The notes: a model not told the origin generated them from the letters alone. A DNA stretch of 64,000 bases from Chrysomallon squamiferum (GCA_012295275.1 CM022670.1:17732001-17796000); one strand, 5' to 3'. Counted from the first letter of the stretch, positions 41,946-56,344 are shown. Numbers and translations: made by a program.

Positions 41946-44900
41946 AAAAGAAGAAAAAAGCAAGAAAGAAAAGAAAAAAGAAAAGACAAACAGATCATCT
42001 CAAATTCAACATCTGGTTAGATTTTTCAACGGATTCGTGATCTGGCTTTCATTTGTTAACATCTAATAAAAACAGTTTTTAATAGCCAACCTCGTGTTTT
42101 CGGTTACTGGAGATATGTTTTCGTTTCGGCTAAGACGTTTTTAATTTGTTCACAATATCAGCCTTGTCTAAATGATTAACAAAGAGTGAATCAAATTTCG
42201 CCAGGCCTAATATCGAGGATAACTGTCAGTGTATTAAAACCGATCACTAAAATCAACAAAAACACGTGCCCGTCTGGAGAGCACGCGACGATCAGTTTTA
42301 ATTGACCTGGGTAAGCAGACGACGGTGTCACGTGACATATCAGTTGATATAGTTCTGTTATCAGTTCAGATTATACATCACAAATTAACTTGTCTTCATC
42401 TCCGCCATATGTGAAAAATATACACAACCTTTCATATAAAAAGTCCCACTGGAAATAAAGTAGTGACGTCATTCAGTTGAATGTAACCAACTTCGTAACA
42501 CCATTTTTAACCAAAAAATAATTAAAACAATCATTTAGAGGTTTTAAAATTTATTTAGACTATTCCTTAATACATTCCAATATATATTAACAAAAAAATA
42601 AAAAAATAAATAAATAAAATAAAATAAAAATAAATAAAAAACAGTTGCAAATTGCGAATTTATCTGTTAAGACGACCAGATAGAAAGGTAATCACTAAGA
42701 AATAAGAGTTGGAAGTGTAGAAAATAACGTTAATATTTAATAATACCAAACAATGTATACTTTAAAAAAATAATGTATAACCTTGACGTAAACAAACTGA
42801 ATTTAGGCTTTTAAATTGAGTTCATACACTATTACAGGCATGGGCAATCTTGTTCGAGAAGCGGACCACATAAGACATGGCTCATCCTCTGTTGTAACTC
42901 TGTATCAACGACTAGCTATTCCGGCTGCGGAGGCCCACACGCGTCAAAATAATTTTGTGTTTTTACGTAGAGTTTATTTTAAGACATTTTTCATTTTCAT
43001 TTACTCCAGGAACTGTTATAATAAATAAAAAATGTAAAAAAAATTTAAAAAAAATAAAAAAAACAGAATTTTTTTTTATGAGTTGTGAGTGAACAAGTGA
43101 GGACGAAATGCGACAAACAAAGTTTGAATTAACATTACTTTCCTTGTGAAATTAGGCGGGCCACTCAAAAAACCGCGCGGGCCGCAGCCTATTACATTCT
43201 TTGAGATTGTTTTTATTTTGAATTGAGTCCACAGTTTCTGATAGATGTTTTAAACTGAAAGACGTTGTATTCTGAAACTATCATCATCATTATGAAGGGT
43301 AAGAACTTTTAACGTGCTAGTACTTCACAAAAGTTAAGTTGACAGACACCAATCAAAGTTTGGATTACCTAACATTTGTGTTAAATGTTTCATTCAAAAT
43401 AAATTTAGTTTCATATTCTAACAATGTATATCTATAGGTTCCAGTGTTGAGTCACGATCCAAGCAGATACCTGTGTTAAGATAGATATCTTAACCAATAC
43501 ATCATAAATCTCGTAATTTCACTTCACCCTCTTCTGTAAGGAAGGGTTTATTATTTTCGTTACGATGATTAAAATGGTTTTACAGCGGTATGATCGCCTC
43601 TCAAATCCGTCTCCTATATTCTTAAATAATCCTCTAACATTATTTTACAAATTACACAGGTTCCTGTATGGTTTGTCTGATGACAAATTTGATTTTTCAA
43701 TGGATTTGTCTGTACATTTTAATGGCTGAATGACAATTATTTTAATAAATAGTAACATATATGTAATGTCATTTTAAAAATTTCGTTAATAATAAAATTT
43801 TAAACGTGATGTGTTATAGGTATCAAAATGATTTAAAATCATTACGTAGACTTAACGTGTACGAGTGGATAATAATTAGTGGCCAGATAAAACTAAGTAT
43901 GCTTGTCATGTACAGCGCACCGCCGCGCACGGTTTCTGTTTGAGACAAGAAACTCGAGGCGAGACTCGTGAAATTTATATTTCTGTCAAACGAATCAAAA
44001 AATGCACAACAAGAAAACCGCTTTAAGCATTTAAAGATGGAATATGTAGAGATATTTAGTTTAATAATTTACAAAATCTGAACTAATTTCCTTTCCCTCA
44101 CGTCAAAGACACAACAGCGAGAGTACAAAACAAATTGGTATATTATTACAGCCTCGACTGGGTCCGTGCAGTCTGGGACAGGAGTTCTTCTTCGTTATTA
44201 GTGTCTGACAAAAGCCATTTCAGAGCCGTCACCCAGCCTATCAGTAGCACCATCAAAGACTATGGCCCGCGGGAGATTGCGGGACACACTGGAATATCAA
44301 ATATGAAATTCTACTTTGCTAGGAAATATTACTTTTACTGCCTGGTATTACTGGCGTGTACAAATCGATTTGTCGTCACTAATTAATGTCCATGACGCTG
44401 CGGATCATCGGCTCAGTATTGGTGCATTTTCAGAGATTTATGTCTGCCTTGAGAGTTGTTTCCCCTGAGGCTACGTTCCCGCCACAAGTACATACGGGTA
44501 ACTTCCATCCGTCCTCGGGCTGCTTGGACGCGATGGTGAAATAACTTCAAAGTAAAAATTTAGCCTTGGTTTGTACAGATTTAGAATAAATGAAGAGAAA
44601 TTATTTTTGTGTTGTTTTATATTTAGAAATCTGTGATATAGTGAGATGAAACATCCCACGGGTTGCTTTTAAAATAATAAAATGTCACTTGTGTCTCTTC
44701 ATTTCTTTCTTTTCTTTTTTTTTTTTAATTTTATTTTATTTTTTTTTTTTTTTTTTTTTTTTCAAATGTCTTGAAGTCAGACTTAAAATAAAAACGCATT
44801 CTTGGATGATTTAAGAGTATCTAATTTAAAAAAAAAAAAAAAAAAATTAGTTATTTTAAAAATTAACAACGAAATTCAAAATTCAATGACCTTTTTTAAA

Positions 44901-44952
44901 GACAAAAATAAATCAGATTTGTCATTTTGATCAAGAATGATCTAAAAATATC

Positions 44953-45002
<50 letters not shown>

Positions 45003-45527
45003 TATATGATAATGCCAGTGATTGTAATTATGATGATGATAATGATAATATTAAAGTTAATAAGAAGAATTATCATTCTTAAATACAATATATATAAATG
45101 ATAGTTATATACACTAATAATTATATTTCGTGCTTACAACTAAACATTCAAAAGTAATTAAATAAGTGAGCGACTAATTAATTAAGTAAGTAAGTAAATA
45201 AATAAATAAGGAAGAAAAACTAATATTTAAAAAAAAATAATACGTAAAAAAAACAAAAAAAGAAGAAAATAATTGATTGTAGCTGTGAGCAGTCTATTAC
45301 TAAGTTTGATGCGATCTTAAGGATAATAATTTTAAAGAAAAAAGAAAAGAAAAAACTAAAATAGAAAGAAGGAAGAAGAAAAAAACATTCACTTATAAGG
45401 GACATCACTGGATACCTTTCCGAATATATATCTGTATATATAATAATAATGATGATGATGATGATAATAAAATTAGAGATGATGACAGTTTTGAAGTTGA
45501 ATAAAACGACGATGATACAGATGAAAG

Positions 45528-45558
<31 letters not shown>

Positions 45559-47556
45559 AAAAAAGCAAGAAAAATCCACATTAAAAGAAGAAAATGTCCT
45601 CCAGATAAATCAGAAATAAATGTCGCTGTTGGACTGTTTTAACCGTATATAATCTAATAATAAATTTGATGACAAATTGGCACACCTCGAATGAAAAGTT
45701 CTTTTGAGTTACCTCCTCCTTTTTCTCCGGGCTCTTTTTGCGTCGTCTAGTTTTCCTCGTTATGCTTTGACCTTGCGTAACCTTGGGAAACGGTCTGCGG
45801 TCCCCGCTAATTCATTTGATGAGAAAATTTTCATCACAAAAATCTAATTTTACTTAAATCAGAGAAAACACGACTTCGTGGTCCCAGCATGCTTATAATT
45901 ATTTCATCAGTGATATTAAAATTTCTGAGTTACCCATGACAAATACTTCACGTCGCATTAACCTTGCTACATTATTCTAAACGATTGGGTTGTTTTTTTT
46001 TAGCGGTTTTGTGGTATATTTATCAAAGGATTTTTTCTTCTAATTATATTTTTCCAAATTCGTATCATTTCGAAATGCGTTCGGTGAAGAAGAAGAAGAA
46101 GAAGAAGAAGAAGAAATTAGTTCAAATTATTTTAATCAACCTATTTCTCAGTTGACACGTTTTCACATTTCTTTTTCTTCTTTTTTCCTTTTAATTATTA
46201 ATGAACTTTTTGTTATCATAAACTCTAAAACAAATGAAACTATATACATAACCTTTAAAGTCGGAAAACATTATATATATATATATAGATGGATGGATGG
46301 ATGGATGGATGGATAAATAGAAAGAAACACAGAACTATATAAAATGTTTTGCTACTTTAAAAGTTAATGAATACAGCCGTATGTGCAAAAAGCATTTATT
46401 TTAAAATCAAGAATATCATCTGGTTTAAACTGTAAAAAAAATAAAATAAAAATAAAAATTAATAAATAAAAAAATAAAAATAAAAATAAAAAATAAAAAC
46501 AATATAATAATAATAATAATAACAACAACAGCAACAATAACAACAATAACAATAACAAAGTGTAAATGTAATATACTAAATATAGTAGAGATAGTGGTAA
46601 ATAATAGATATACATGTACAGCATAATTACTATACAGCAGATAAGTACATGATAGATACATAACATTATTCAACAAATTATATGAAATTGTTTACTACGT
46701 TTTCAATAAATCTTACGCATTAACAGACTGGAAACATTATGTTAAATATGGCGATAAGACAGAAATATGGCAATCACCAATTTACTGGGAGAAATGTTAT
46801 ATCTGAACAAGTCATTAGTCAACCCGCCCCAAGCTGTAACAAAAAATACCACTGATTAAAGTTCTGTCCTAAAAAAAAAAGTTTTTAAAAAATCGATGTG
46901 TCATGAGGAATGATTAGAAAGTACTGCTGACAAAATGAGACCAGATTAGTCCTACATTTTTAGATTTTGTTCTCTAAATCTGACTTCAGAATATTTTTTT
47001 TCTTAATTCATCACTGTTTGTCTCGTTTTTATTTTGTGTGTGGCGAATTTTATGTGTAGATGTTTGCTTACGTATGTATGTAAATATATAGCAGAACAAA
47101 AAGAAGACAAATAAAACAACAACAACAACAAAACACCAAAACAAAATACAGAAAAACAAACACAAAACCCCGAACAAAACAAAGAAAAAACAGAAATAAA
47201 TAGAAAAAGCAACAGAAACCATAAATAAATAGAGAGATGGATAGACAGATAGAGAAACAGGTGGATGGAGACAAAAGGAGATAGACAGATATGTAGATAG
47301 ATAGACAAGTAGGTAGAAAGACAGATAAACTGACAGATCAAAAGACAGAGATATTGAGAATAATAATTCGAGTGGTCAGTTTTTATTGACAATGCTGTAT
47401 AATCGGATTAAAATGATTTCGAGCAAAAATTCTTTTACGAGAAGGTGTTGTTTTCACAAGACATTTACTACACAGAAACGTAACCACAGAAATTTTGTAA
47501 AAACTGCTGTCTTTGTTTCTCTTGGCTCACTAACACAGGAAAACGATAGCGTGTCC

Positions 47557-47627
47557 ATCTCATGTGATCCCAGATAGAAGAGTTCCACGCTTATATATCT
47601 TATGTGACTCCAGACAGGAGAGCTCCA
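47557..47627. repeat. Two diverged copies of a 40-bp unit
   Basis: atctcatgtgatcccagatagaagagttcca (47557) versus atcttatgtgactccagacaggagagctcca (47597). Confidence 0.85.
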
Positions 47628-47926
47628 AACTGCCGGAAGCTCAGAGCAGCCATGTTGAACTTTTGATTGTGTAAACAGTTTTGAGATAAACTGAGGGCTG
47701 ATTATTTTGTTTTCTTAGTTTTACTGTTACCAGCTAACATATCAGTGCTTGATGCATGTAAGTATTTGCTGAATGCAAAGAAAAATATAGAGAATAAATA
47801 TACACACATATTTGTACATACGTACTAGTATTATATGACAAATACAGATATACACACATATATACACACACACATGCACATGCATAGAGACACGTATACG
47901 TGCGTAGTTACATACATAAAAAATTA

Positions 47927-47996
<70 letters not shown>

Positions 47997-50400
47997 CAAC
48001 AGCGAACATACAAACAAATACATATAAAATATTGTTTCATATTAATTATTGATTTATATCAGTGTTATTTAAAATATATTCATATCTTAGATTCAGGACC
48101 GATAACTCTGTTTCCAGTGCCTGAAGGAGATTGTAAAATATTATGGGTACCAGTCGAGGATGCGCTTCAGACGGAGAAACGTTATAAATTTGATACAAAC
48201 GGCAAGTTTCCGCTGCCTGGGGTTAATTTTCACCAAATGAGTATAGATATTCATTTTTTCTCTCTCTGTCTTTAGGGTATGTGTGTAATGAGAGGAATCA
48301 TTTACATTATCGAGAAAGAGAAAAAAAACTGAGTAAATATATCACAGCAATTGTTTCCAAGAGTTAAATAAATAAAGGTTTGTTTTAAATACAGCATGGC
48401 TTTCATAATTCATGCTTCAGAGTCGAATGTGACATTTTAAAGATACACTGCCGAAAGTTTCTTACGTACACGCTTTCAAAGTGCATACATTATTATTATT
48501 ATTTAATAGTTGTTTTATTTGTTATTGTTATTTCGTATTATCTACCGAACTTAGAACAAATATTCAATAGTAAACGATAATTTTCTGTTGAAAAGGGTTA
48601 ATGAAATTTTTAGTCAAACTTTTTTCGTGTTAATATGTTCACACGCACTATAATATTATTTAAATAAATAAATAAATAAACTTTATATTTCATGGTTGGT
48701 CCTGTTTTAAAATCATATTTTCCTAGATTTTCTTTCTAACATATTTTAGAAATCCTAAAATAATATAAAATCCTTCGAATAAAATGACATAATAAAATAA
48801 AATTAGATGATTCCGGTTTTTGAAAAGTAGTTAATCAGCCAACAGATGAAACATAATCTATGAAGAAATGAGACTTCAGATTTCTTGGATTTCTCGTTGA
48901 TGACCGGTCCGAACACTCGCTGTGATCCGACCTTCACACCGTGTTTCTTGATGACCCTTCAACTCGCACTCTTCACAACACTTACTGCAGTTACGACAAC
49001 ATTTCTTGTTCAAAGTCGACCACCCATTCACCCGCCATGTTGGCTTTTTAATCTCGAAACAAAATCTTAAACACATACTGCACGAACGCCAGACGACAGG
49101 CATTGCTATGCACTGCGCAGCCGCAGGGCTACATTTTGAGACTGTATCCTTGGTGACTTTGAAAATCTGTACTCGTATTCCTTTTCCCTTGGATCTTTAA
49201 CCAACGATACAAGAACGTTGTTTTGAGAATAAATTCACTTTCCTATTTTAGAAGTTTTGAGACTATTTCTCTTCACGCGAGACACGAGATTTGGCGTCTG
49301 CTGGCGAAGAATTCCGAAGTCTTCAAAGAGATGTAACCGTCTTGCTCTCTCGAACGGCGACTGTAGAAGAGCGACCCGGAGAAAAATAAACAATCGACAT
49401 GCAAATTAATTATTACTTACCCGAGGGACAACTCGCTGCTTGTCCTCAGTCAAAACGATTTACGTTCAGCCGCAACTACTTTTAATTTTATTTTATTTAT
49501 TATAATTATTATTATTTTTTTTTTTTTTATTTTTTTTTTTTTTACAAAATCCTCCGGCCTTTTTGTTTTTGAAAAAAAAGAAAAATAAAGAACAACGTCA
49601 AGTATATGGATATTATTGCAGGTTACAGAGAAAATAAACTGATAAAAGAATATTTCACAAATGATTTAAAAAAAAATAAAAAAAAAAAATCACGACTGCT
49701 TGAGACGGTAGTGGGAAAGCCAGAAAAATTATTATAAGTTAAGTTTTTAGTTAAAAATTGCTTTAATCTTGTTTGAAAATAAAAGAAACAAAAACAGAAA
49801 AAAAAAAAAAAAAAAAAAAAAGGAAACGAAACGAAAGGAACAGGATGAAAGAAAGAAAAAGAAAGCATTTGTGGCATAAATGTACCTTCCTAGAAAGAAA
49901 AAAAGAAGAAGAAAGAAAGAAAAATAAACGAATAATATCTATCAAGAAGGAAATAAGGAATGGATTTCCTGATGAATGAAAGAAATCGTTATTTAACGCA
50001 ATATTAATTCTGAAATTTCTGAAATCTGACTGTAGTTAACAAAATCCGTCAACCATAAACATATCTTTGTGTTAAATCAACTCATAAAACCTGTAAGAGA
50101 AAACACAGCAGAAACTACGTTCAATTTTTACTATTATCATCATTTTGCAAAATGCATTCCGGAAAACTCCATTTAAAATTTAACTAAAACTATCAAATAT
50201 GTTTTAAATTTCTTTTGCAGTGAATCCTAGTCTGATTTGAATATTCAAAAATAAATTCAGGACTTAAGGTATACTGAATACTATCATCGCAGTTATATAT
50301 ATCATCCAATAATATAGTGAAAATAAAATTTAAATTATTATTAGTAAGCACATAGTCACAAATCAAAGTCACTCAATCTGAAGATAAATACCTCTCTCTG

Positions 50401-50401
<1 letters not shown>

Positions 50402-50485
<84 letters not shown>
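50402..50485. repeat. (AC)n microsatellite
   Basis: Direct reading. Confidence 0.97.
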
Positions 50486-50488
<3 letters not shown>

Positions 50489-51185
50489 GCTTAATAAACA
50501 CAAAAACATACAAATATAAAAATATAAAACCACACAAACACACCCATATCTGCTGTTAAAATAATAAATATTTAAAAAAACAAAAAACACAGAAAAGATG
50601 AAAAAAAAAAAATAATAATAAAGACTATATAAATATATAACAATGGTGAACAACAGCTTCTTGCACAGACATATAATTATTTTATTTTCCTTTTTCATAC
50701 CTGTAATAGAACGGCTAACTCTAAATACAGATATTCCAGTGTACAGAAAGATAAAAAAAAAAAAGAAGAAATTAAGAGAAGTTTCTGTGTGTTGAAAAAT
50801 AACAAGACTTGAGCTGTGGGCGTGTGGTTAGTCTAAGACCAGATTTGTATACGAGTGTGTGTGTCTGGCGTTATTAATATTAACACTTCGAGTTTAAAAT
50901 AACGTACACTACATTAGTGAAAGCTGTCTGTGTGTATATGTGTCTGTAAATTAGCGAAATGCACGTGTAACCACGTGTTAGCAAGTGGTGAGGTGGATGG
51001 ACAGATTAACGGAAAGTAAGAAATTGCTAAGTAATTATGTGTGTGTGGTATGTGTATATTTGGGTCGTGTGTTTTGCTAATGTGGTGTTATTATGTTTTA
51101 TATATATGTGTGTATAACTGAATATGTGTGTACATTTTGTAAATTGGAACTGGAATAATTCACATTATAATAATAATAATAATGA

Positions 51186-51218
<33 letters not shown>

Positions 51219-51405
51219 TAATAGTAATGATAAATGATAAATTATTATTAAAAATACTTTGTTATTATTATTATTCTTATTATTATTATTATTATTATTA
51301 TGAAACACAACAAAATCTATAATAACAAACAGGACAATTAATATCTATAATCGCTCTATTTTATTCTTTTTACTATTAAACAAGAACAAAACGAAAAAAT
51401 GAATT

Positions 51406-51452
<47 letters not shown>

Positions 51453-51804
51453 GAAAACAAATTATACTCAAAATTCGACTTTGATAAACAGAATCATTTG
51501 GCTGGTTGCCATTTCTAGTTAATATGACCTAACCAAATTGTCTCCCTTTGCTTTTATCTTTTCATCGCAATTTATTTTCTAAGATAATAATTTCCATCTG
51601 ACCGAACCTCGCTGTCAGGGTGGGTGAGTGTTTCATCAGAAATTCAGGTGAAACAAAAGGCCAGCGAACAATATGACAATTAAAAAGGTGGCTGTGGGCA
51701 CATTGCGGTCTATCAGTTTGATCAAGAAAGTGCGCGCGCATTGCTCACGGTGACGCGTTTAATGAGGTATGCGGTGTTTCGTTTATCTTCACACCACAGT
51801 TTTT

Positions 51805-52310
51805 TTTATTTGATTTTCCTAAAACATATTTTTTTTAATATAGAAATGTAATTTTTTTTTGTTTTGTTTTTTTTGTTTTTTTTGATTTTTTTAAAACATT
51901 TTTTTAATATAGAAATGTAATTTTTTGTGGAGGGGGGTTTGTTTGAATTTTTTAAAACGTTTTTTTAATATAGAAATGTCATTTTTTGTGGGGGGGTTTT
52001 GTTTGATTTTTTTAAAACGATTTTTAATATAGAAATGATATTTGTAATTTATTTGATTTTTTAAAACGTTTTTTTAATATAGAAATGATATTTGTAATTT
52101 ATTTGATTTTTTAAAACATTTTTTTTAATATAGATGTGATATTTATTTTTTATTTGATTTTTAAAAAAAAAAATTAACACAGAAATGATATTTATTTTTT
52201 TTTTTTTATTTTTTTTTATATTTTTTTAATATAGAAATGATATTTGTTTTTGTTTTTTATTTTATTTTTTAAAACATTATATATATATAGAAATGATATT
52301 TACTTTTTAT
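51805..52310. repeat. Variable-length 49-69-bp AT-rich minisatellite, ~9 units
   Basis: Anchor (t/c)aga(a/t)(a/g)tg at 51841, 51910, 51971, 52030, 52080, 52131, 52180, 52232 and 52288; unit tttgatttttttaaaacRtttttttaatatagaaatg. Confidence 0.9.
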
Positions 52311-52521
52311 TTCATATATTTTTTTATTTGATTTGATTTGAATTTTATTTTTTTTGTGTTTATTTATTTAGTCATTCATTTATCTACTTTGTATGTTTGT
52401 CCATTAATTAATTAATTAATTTATTTTGTGAGTTTATTTATTTACTTACTTACCTACTTGCTTGTTTTTATTTTATTTTATTTTATTTTATTTTATTTAT
52501 TTTTTTTTTTTGTTGTTGTCT

Positions 52522-52710
52522 TTGATTAAATTTCTGTCTATTAAAATTTTGAATATGCAATTTTTTTCTCTTTAACATACTAAAATAGTAATAAAAGATA
52601 AAATTTTATTTTTACTTACTAAATGACCAACAATTAACTAAACAACTAACAAAGCAAGCAACCAAGCAATCAAACAACCCACCAACCTGCTAAATAAACA
52701 AACAAACAAA
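52522..52710 (-). repeat. Dispersed ~200-bp repeat, copy B (inverted relative to 33883-34080)
   Basis: See copy A; similarity extends through ttgattaaatttctgtctattaaaattttgaatat. Confidence 0.85.
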
Positions 52711-52794
52711 TAAACAAACAACATACCAAATAACTAACCAACCAATTAACCAAGCAAAACAACTAACAAACCAGTAAATAAATAAACAAAATAT

Positions 52795-53010
52795 AACGTA
52801 GTATTACGTAATGCAGTAACGTAACGTAAGTTTAACGTAACATAACACAATACACCACGGCACAGAACCAAATAACACAACGCAACACAACACAACACAG
52901 AACAGAACAAAACAACACATCACAACACATCACAGAGCAATACAACACATCACAACACAACACAGAGCAAAAGCTACACAACACAACACAACACATCACA
53001 ACACGCAATA
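52795..53010. repeat. Degenerate pentanucleotide (AACGT)n grading into (AACAC)n
   Basis: Direct reading. Confidence 0.85.
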
Positions 53011-53969
53011 AAACATAATTAAACACGAGATAATTAACAAAATGATTCAAAACGAAACTGGTCTTTTTTAAAGCACTTCTAACCAGCACAGATCTGTTAA
53101 CGTAAGAATGTATAATCGTGTTAAAATGTGGGTTATCAATAGCGTTATTAACGTTTCCTTCCCCCGGCACACCTCGCCTTTGATGTACTCGCAGCAATAC
53201 ATCAAATGTGACAAACGAAATTTGAATTGCTTTAAAGTCCTCCATAAAACACCAACTAATAAAACTGATGTCGCTTGTGTTTCTTTTTACAGAAACGATA
53301 ATCTGATTTCAAAAAAAGAAGAGAGAGAGAGAAAAGAGAGAGGGTTTGGATGATACGAAATAATATAATAGCATGATGTGTGTTCTGTTATCATGCAAAT
53401 GAGAGTGAAGATGATGATGGTGATGATGATGATGATGAATAAAAGCTAACAAAAAACTTTTTTTATTTTATTTTAATATATATTGAATGCCGTATTTCTT
53501 TGTTTATTTATTTCTTTGTTTGTTTGTTTGTTTGTTTGTTTATTCTTTTACTAATTTATTTTCTTATTTATTTATTTATTACTTACCTACTTACTTACTT
53601 ATTTATTTATTTAGTTTTTTATTTATTTATTTGTTTGTTTGTTTGTTATTTACTTTACTTATTTATTTACTTATTATTTTTTACTTGCTTACTTACTTTC
53701 TTACTTATGTAATTATTATTTATTTATTTATTTATTTATGTGAATACTACTTATTATATTTTGAAACAGTGTAAAAATTAACTTGAAACCCAAAGCTATT
53801 TTGTAACCGAAAAAAAAAGAAAACATTTCTAAGTTTGGCGTATTCATCTTCATTATCTTAATTTTTATCTATATATCGATATCTTTATCACTTTTGCATT
53901 TATTTATTTATTTATCATTTAAATGTTTTTATTTTGTATTGTTTTTATATTCTCTGTCTTCTTCATCTC

Positions 53970-54019
<50 letters not shown>

Positions 54020-54054
54020 TGTTGTTTTTTTTGTTGTTGTTATTGTTGGTTTTG

Positions 54055-54100
<46 letters not shown>

Positions 54101-54398
54101 GTCGTTGTTGTTGCTGTTATTATAGTTTGTATTATCTACTGGTGTAAAGAACAAAAACAATATATAACATACTCTTCTTTACTTAAGACTAAAAAATTAA
54201 TATTTAAGTTTTCAGATCTAGGTGCGGTGAAAAAAAAAAAAAAAAAAGTGTAAAAAGGAAAGTAAAATGAATTTTAAAAAGGATTATCGAACATAACGCG
54301 ACAATGGCGCCAACGCTATTGACATCCGGATATAAAAATAAATAAAATACCAATCCATTTCGTTACGCGCTTACGTTTTACTTTTCTATAAACTGCGG

Positions 54399-54411
54399 AG
54401 GTCAAAGGTCA
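54399..54411 (+). promoter_or_regulatory. Perfect DR1 nuclear receptor element AGGTCAaAGGTCA
   Basis: Seen directly; matches the canonical COUP-TF/HNF4/RXR DR1 consensus. Confidence 0.5.
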
Positions 54412-55365
54412 TGGGTTATCTGCAGGTTAATACACGTTAAAACCAGGTACTGACTAATTTTCCAACAATTTAAATCTTCCTTAATTTTCCAAAAAAAAAA
54501 TCCGTTTCTCGTCTCGTCCTTGCTAACTACTGGTACAGATATCATCTGTAATTGCGTTCACTTAAACAAATTCTTTATATTTGTTTTTATCAGTAATTTA
54601 CAAATTTTCACGCGTCGCTGTGTAGGAATGCAGTGTATTAGTCTAGCTCAATAAAGTGGCTTATTAAAATGTTCTAAATGTATTAGTCCACGTATTTGTG
54701 TCTGTCTGACTGTCTGTCCGTGTTAAAAAAAACAAAAGTTGTAAAACAATTTACATATTTGATTCAGGAAAGAAACGGATGCCTCACTCCAAGGTTTGAA
54801 ACAAAAGAATGTTATTTGAATTACGTCCTATTTATTTGCCTATTTCTGAAACCAGTTAGATTCTATTGATTGGTAGTATATGGAATCACTTGGTGTATGT
54901 TTATGGGGAAATCCATTCTAAATATCATATTTCGGCTAATGGAAAAATTCAGTGGGTTTCCTCTGATGATTATATGTCTGAGTTATTTGGTCAGTATTTA
55001 CTGGACAATAAAGGAAAATAATGAATATATTCTAGAAATTAAAAAAAAAAAATTAAAAAACGAATTGTTACTTGTGATCCTTTTTGTAATTTTCGTATTC
55101 TTTATTTTTCTTAAATATAGCGTAAATATTCATTTTATTTTTAACATAATTACTATTTTATAGTAATCGCACAGGCAGAATAAAAGGAATATCAAAATTG
55201 TAAATAATCAGTGCTAACATACCAAAGGTATTTTAAACAGTGCTGTGAAATTTTAATACTTAAATAAGTGAATGAAAAATTTCAAAAACTGGTATAAAGG
55301 TCCTAAAGCAGGTTTAACGTAACAACTTGTCATTTCCAAACATACTGGCAGATTTCTGTCTTACT

Positions 55366-55369
<4 letters not shown>

Positions 55370-55457
<88 letters not shown>
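55370..55457. repeat. (CT)n microsatellite
   Basis: Direct reading. Confidence 0.97.
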
Positions 55458-55462
<5 letters not shown>

Positions 55463-56344
55463 ATTTGATCTATTTCATTATTTTTCACACATGTCCTATT
55501 TCGTCCAATTTCTCATTTTCTTTTTTAAAATTTTATATTCTCTTTCAACTGTCGTACTCTAACTTCTTCTAACTTTATAAAGAAGCAGTGAAAAAGAAAG
55601 GAGGCGATACTTCTCGAGTATGTAACCTCCATCTCTCTCACACCACACACAACAATAGACAGAAATTGAGATTGTATAAAGATGTACACTTTGGGCGATT
55701 TTTAAATTTATTTCAGCGCGTGCTAAAATTAATTAAATTTCAACGTAACCATCGAGCACGCTACCTAATTTTAAAACGGCTTCGGGGTTTTAAGTCGCCA
55801 TTTTTCTTTTAAAATATTAACTGTCGTTAATCTCCTAACATTGTTAACTTGCTTGATTACTCTTATAAGCGATTCGGAGAAAGGAAATACCACATCCCCG
55901 ATGATTAGCCGTATACAACGCGTAGCGTTCACTAAACACGCCGCCATTATCTCACACAACTTAACATCTGTCAGTCCATATCGCACTGCCTCCAGGGGCG
56001 CGGTGATGCGAGCAAGATTAACCAACGAGAGAGCGACCTGCTGATTAACCCCGCCCTCTGTCGAACGCGTTATTGATTTTGCGCGCATTTCGCAGAGCAG
56101 GACGCCTTGTGAAATTTGTTAAACAAATTCAGCGTCACATCCCAAGCTGTAATTTAATGAGAGAAATAATTTTATACCCCTTCAGTTTTTCATTAAATAC
56201 TGTGTAACTTGTGTTATGTTTTTAATAACGACAACGATAACATTAACATTAATAATAATAATAATCATAATAATAATAACAATAACAACAACAATAACAA
56301 AAACAATAACAACAATAATAATGATGATGATGATTATTATTATG

